Shown: piece after piece, positions 14,329 through 17,297 of the stretch
Layout of the letters: each line of letters starts with the position of its first letter
Numbering within the stretch: position 1 is the first letter of the stretch
Origin: a virus
Taxonomy: Duplodnaviria; Heunggongvirae; Uroviricota; Caudoviricetes
Strand: one strand, 5' to 3'
Virus record (IMG/VR): IMGVR_UViG_3300031555_002005
DNA length: 17,297 bases
Made by a program: the position numbers and the translations under genes
The notes under the pieces: generated by a model
The model's input: only the letters and a program-made list of their open reading frames with translations
What the model was told of the DNA's origin: nothing
Database searches by the model: none

Positions 14329-14520
14329 ATGATATATGCTGCAATATGTGCCACACTTGGCTGGCACACATTCTGTGATGCAACACCAAAAGGAGAGAAA
14401 TTATTAGCTCTTATTGGTATTGTGCTATATGTTGGTGGCATGATATGTGGAGAAATAATTGAAAGTAGATTGAAGAAAAGAATTGAAAATCTTGAAAAAG
14501 AATTAAGAAAGGATGTGTAA
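14329..14520 (+). CDS. Small membrane protein (63 aa)
   Basis: Hydrophobic N-terminal part, basic coiled tail. Confidence 0.7.
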   Translation: MIYAAICATLGWHTFCDATPKGEKLLALIGIVLYVGGMICGEIIESRLKKRIENLEKELRKDV

Positions 14521-14523
14521 TGT

Positions 14524-14736
14524 ATGGCAAAAGAAACACCTTGTGATTATGGCGAATGCCCTTACGATGCGCAGTACAGCGAAGCTTGCAGAGTATACTG
14601 TGGACTTGGCGTAGATGTAGCATGTGACGAAGACGAGTTCGATGATGAAGAGTACATTCCTTCAAGCACATACAGGGACTATGGCCCCAGTAACCCTTGG
14701 GATGCACCTGGGATGTCTGTAAAGGACTTTATTTAA
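14524..14736 (+). CDS. Small acidic Cys-rich protein (70 aa)
   Basis: Five Cys, DEDEFDDEE run, C-terminal PSNPWDAPGMS..DFI motif. Confidence 0.8.
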   Translation: MAKETPCDYGECPYDAQYSEACRVYCGLGVDVACDEDEFDDEEYIPSSTYRDYGPSNPWDAPGMSVKDFI

Positions 14737-14750
14737 GGAGATGAAAACAA

Positions 14751-14990
14751 ATGAAAAAATTTCGTCATTGGTTCTTCAAGTTATTGACTGGTTATGACTT
14801 GATTGAATATGCAGAAGTGCTTGCTCTTTGTAGTAGCTGTATAAAAACTGCAGAAGAGTGTCAAGAAAATAATAGGGCAATCATTAAAGATTCAAAAGAC
14901 ACAATTGAGCTTGCACAAAAGGTAAATGATCAATGCAGAGAATTGTTGGAGCGTTGCAAAGAGGAGAACGAAAATGAAACTTTGGATTGA
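14751..14990 (+). CDS. Hypothetical coiled-coil protein (79 aa)
   Basis: AAGGAG RBS. Confidence 0.75.
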   Translation: MKKFRHWFFKLLTGYDLIEYAEVLALCSSCIKTAEECQENNRAIIKDSKDTIELAQKVNDQCRELLERCKEENENETLD

Positions 14991-15276
14991 TGATGTTCGC
15001 CCCGCACCCTCAAAAGAATACATGAGTTGCAAGAGCGTAAACATGGCAAAAGGAATCATCCAGTATTGGGAAAAGCATTTTAAGCCGCTTGAGGTAATTG
15101 ATATTGACCACGATGCAGGTGACTTTGCAGGCATGGGTGGTGACTATATCAAGCTTCTTGATTGGCTCGAAGAAACTGGGCGCAACTATCCTATTCGGAT
15201 TCATAGTATGAATCCAGTTGGAGTGGCAAACATGAGGGCAATCATTCAACGGAATGGATGGACGGAGGTCAAGTAA
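14974..15276 (+). CDS. Cyclic-phosphate-processing receiver-like domain protein (100 aa)
   Basis: GAGGAG RBS before ATG 14974; LWIDDVRPAP, IDIDHDAG, IRIHSMNPVG match the DDxR / DHD / HSxN pattern of this family. Confidence 0.75.
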   Translation: MKLWIDDVRPAPSKEYMSCKSVNMAKGIIQYWEKHFKPLEVIDIDHDAGDFAGMGGDYIKLLDWLEETGRNYPIRIHSMNPVGVANMRAIIQRNGWTEVK

Positions 15277-15277
15277 T

Positions 15278-15403
15278 ATGTGTGAGTGCTATGGATTGTT
15301 CGACCCTTTTGATGAATTCTGTTATTATTGCCCTTATTCGTTTAGTTGTGAAGATGATACTTTTGGGTATTATTATGATGACTATGATGAATATTGGTTC
15401 TAA
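15278..15403 (+). CDS. Acidic, aromatic, Cys-rich microprotein (41 aa)
   Basis: GGAGG RBS; MCECYGLFDPFDEFCYYCPYSFSCEDDTFGYYYDDYDEYWF; no Lys or Arg. Confidence 0.65.
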   Translation: MCECYGLFDPFDEFCYYCPYSFSCEDDTFGYYYDDYDEYWF

Positions 15404-15429
15404 AATAAATACTTTATGAGGTGATAGAC

Positions 15430-15639
15430 ATGTTGTTGTACAGAATTGAATTTGAAGTAGACGATGGAGCTTATTACAGAAAGGATAACGCTATCGTAAT
15501 GGCTCATAACGCAAAAGAAGCCGTTGAGAAGCTTAAGAAGTTGATTAATTCCATTGATAGCGAAACTTGTGTTTCTGAAATTTATAAGACGGTTATCTTT
15601 GGTGGTGAAGTGTTTACTGGAAATCACGGATGGAAATAA
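15430..15639 (+). CDS. Hypothetical protein (69 aa; start ATG 15430)
   Basis: GAGGTG RBS spacing favours ATG 15430. Confidence 0.75.
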   Translation: MLLYRIEFEVDDGAYYRKDNAIVMAHNAKEAVEKLKKLINSIDSETCVSEIYKTVIFGGEVFTGNHGWK

Positions 15640-15668
15640 AATAGGGGATTTGTATGAGGTAATGTGAC

Positions 15669-15851
15669 ATGAGATGGACAAGTGACAAAAAGAAACCGTA
15701 CGAAAGGCATGTAATCCGCAAGTTTGCATTCTTCCCAATTCGTATAGACAATGAAGTTCGATGGTTAGAATTTGTGAATGTCGAGGCATATTACTGGTAT
15801 GGGGCTTATACCGGAAATAAATACTGGGAGTATGAAAGGTTTGTTGATTAA
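15669..15851 (+). CDS. Hypothetical protein (60 aa)
   Basis: GAGGT RBS; RKFAFFPIRI..RWLE pattern typical of small phage proteins. Confidence 0.75.
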   Translation: MRWTSDKKKPYERHVIRKFAFFPIRIDNEVRWLEFVNVEAYYWYGAYTGNKYWEYERFVD

Positions 15852-15865
15852 GAGAGGTGACTTAA

Positions 15866-16030
15866 ATGCCAGACGCAAAATATGCAAGGGATTTAATTCT
15901 TGCAACAATCATAGGAATGCAAAATGAAATTGGTTATTACGCAAACCTTCGTAAGTATCAAGCATTCCAAGAAGTATATGACAGAATAGTTGAAAAGCAT
16001 GGAGACATGTTTGAAGACTGGAAGGAGTAA
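15866..16030 (+). CDS. Small hypothetical protein (54 aa)
   Basis: GAGGTG RBS; MPDAKYARDLILATIIGMQNEIG...FEDWKE. Not in the ORF track. Confidence 0.7.
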   Translation: MPDAKYARDLILATIIGMQNEIGYYANLRKYQAFQEVYDRIVEKHGDMFEDWKE

Positions 16031-16035
16031 AAGAA

Positions 16036-16224
16036 ATGGAAAACATCAATGAACTTAAAGAACAAGCGTATCAAATCGCAACAGAAACATATAACAACGG
16101 GTATGGTGACTCTTATAGATGGTCTGTTGATGTGCGACTTGATGCAATGAGAACATATGCACAGCTTGTTATAGCAGAAAAAGCAAACAACACAAAATTA
16201 ATGGACACAAACGCAAACATATAA
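16036..16224 (+). CDS. Hypothetical protein (62 aa)
   Basis: AAGGAG RBS; contains motif copy E. Confidence 0.65.
   Translation: MENINELKEQAYQIATETYNNGYGDSYRWSVDVRLDAMRTYAQLVIAEKANNTKLMDTNANI
16187..16202 (+). promoter_or_regulatory. ACARYACAAAATTAAT motif, copy E
   Basis: 16186-16203 is an 18-nt exact match to the reverse complement of 2399-2416; followed by TGGACA-17-TATAAT (16202-16230). Confidence 0.6.
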
Positions 16225-16239
16225 TATAATCAAGAAAGG

Positions 16240-16626
16240 ATGATAAGAGTGAGTTGGTGGAAAGATCCTAGGCTTCAGGGTCCAGAGAATGATTATGGTG
16301 ACTACGATTACTTAATCGAAGAGCTTCCCGAAGACCATTGTGGTTGGGACTTGCAGCGATACACAAGTAAATGTGATAGCTGTGGAAAGGAAAGACATTT
16401 GCTGTTCCGAGCAACACATTACTTCCATTGTTGGGATGGATGGGATTCCATGACCCATACTGAATGTTGGAGATGTATGGTTAAGGGCAAGATTTATAGC
16501 ATCAAGTGGAGATTTAAAAAGAGAATTAAGGCTGTTAAGACTGCATGGGAGCTGTATAAGATTAGTCGTAAGCATACATGGAGCTGGAAAAAATGCTATG
16601 ATATGGCGCTGAAGTTCGAGCGCTAA
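16240..16626 (+). CDS. Hypothetical protein with CxxC..CxxC (about 125-128 aa)
   Basis: CDSC and CWRC; the start may be GTG 16249 given the AAAGGA position. Confidence 0.8.
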   Translation: MIRVSWWKDPRLQGPENDYGDYDYLIEELPEDHCGWDLQRYTSKCDSCGKERHLLFRATHYFHCWDGWDSMTHTECWRCMVKGKIYSIKWRFKKRIKAVKTAWELYKISRKHTWSWKKCYDMALKFER

Positions 16627-16639
16627 AGGAGGTATGTAA

Positions 16640-16975
16640 ATGGACTTCAATCGTTACTGCACGCACTGTGGTGGAAAAGTGGAATTTGAATATGGCGAAA
16701 TTATAACAATATGTCCTAGCTGCAAAAATAAAATTAAAAAGGAAGATAGCATTTCGGGCTTTACAAAAGATGCAAGAGTTAATCAGCTTAAGGCAATGCA
16801 TAAACTGATGTGTCTTGCAAATAATGAAAGTATTTATTACAATAACTGGATTTATCTTATGCCTGATGAACCAAGTGAAGACGACTTCGTGAGCATTGCA
16901 ATTGATGATGACCAGTATAATGAATGCTTTGATCTATTTGTAAAATTGATTGCCAAGAGTGGCAACAGATATTAA
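16640..16975 (+). CDS. Zinc-ribbon protein with acidic C-terminal domain (111 aa)
   Basis: CTHCGG..CPSC; AAGGAGG RBS. Confidence 0.8.
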   Translation: MDFNRYCTHCGGKVEFEYGEIITICPSCKNKIKKEDSISGFTKDARVNQLKAMHKLMCLANNESIYYNNWIYLMPDEPSEDDFVSIAIDDDQYNECFDLFVKLIAKSGNRY

Positions 16976-16990
16976 AGTGAGGTGAGCTAT

Positions 16991-17297
16991 ATGAAGATAG
17001 CAATGATAGGTGAATTTCAAATATTAAAAAAGCAAGGCAAAGAGTTTGTTCCACAGACATTTGACGATGTAAAAGGCATGTCTATTGGCGGATATAGCTT
17101 TGAGGTAAATGGAGACTCAATCCCATTTGATTGGGACGCATTTACCGCAACGGAAGAAAACGGAGTGTTTAGCTTCACAACAGGCAAGGGCCCATTCTTT
17201 AACGACTATGAAATTCCAGACTACTGGGACGAAGAATATAAGGAAATTGGTATTACAAGGGAAGAGATAACTGCAGAATTTCTTGCTTCGGTGAGCC
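16991..17297 (+). CDS. Acidic hypothetical protein, partial (runs off window end)
   Basis: GAGGTG RBS, ATG 16991; open to the end: MKIAMIGEFQILKKQGKEF...EFLASVS. Confidence 0.75.
   Translation, partial: MKIAMIGEFQILKKQGKEFVPQTFDDVKGMSIGGYSFEVNGDSIPFDWDAFTATEENGVFSFTTGKGPFFNDYEIPDYWDEEYKEIGITREEITAEFLASVS

Noticed and set aside
16187-16230. 16-nt motif as a MotA-like -30 element at fixed distance from a -10 box
   Set aside because: Distances to downstream TATAAN hexamers differ among copies (1, 5 and 17 nt), and copies B and C lie downstream of their -10 boxes.

Overview
Part of a lytic-type dsDNA phage genome, probably of a Bacillota host (AAGGAGG ribosome-binding sites, sigma-A promoters). 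No structural, lysis, integrase, tRNA or CRISPR features are seen. The window is organised divergently. Left (1-2383, minus strand): small genes including a P-loop protein, a Fragile-X-F-like membrane protein and a winged-HTH protein next to an origin-like AT-rich tract with palindromic repeats. Middle (about 2460-4079): a 1.6 kb non-coding control region with a strongly G+T-skewed tract, tandem NrdR-box-like palindromes, promoters and many hairpins. Right (4080-end, plus strand): a tightly packed array of about 40 mostly small genes, typical of an early/host-takeover module. It includes a lipoprotein, a tandem Tudor-like protein, a NUMOD1-like coiled-coil protein, an M28/M20-type metallopeptidase and a cyclic-phosphate-processing receiver-like protein. 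The strongest unexplained signals are non-coding: (i) a three-copy covarying intergenic RNA structure with a conserved alternative pairing before the RBS, (ii) a 16-nt motif ACARYACAAAATTAAT in five sense-oriented copies, and (iii) NrdR-like boxes with no ribonucleotide reductase gene in the window. All protein family calls are from motif recognition by eye, not database searches.
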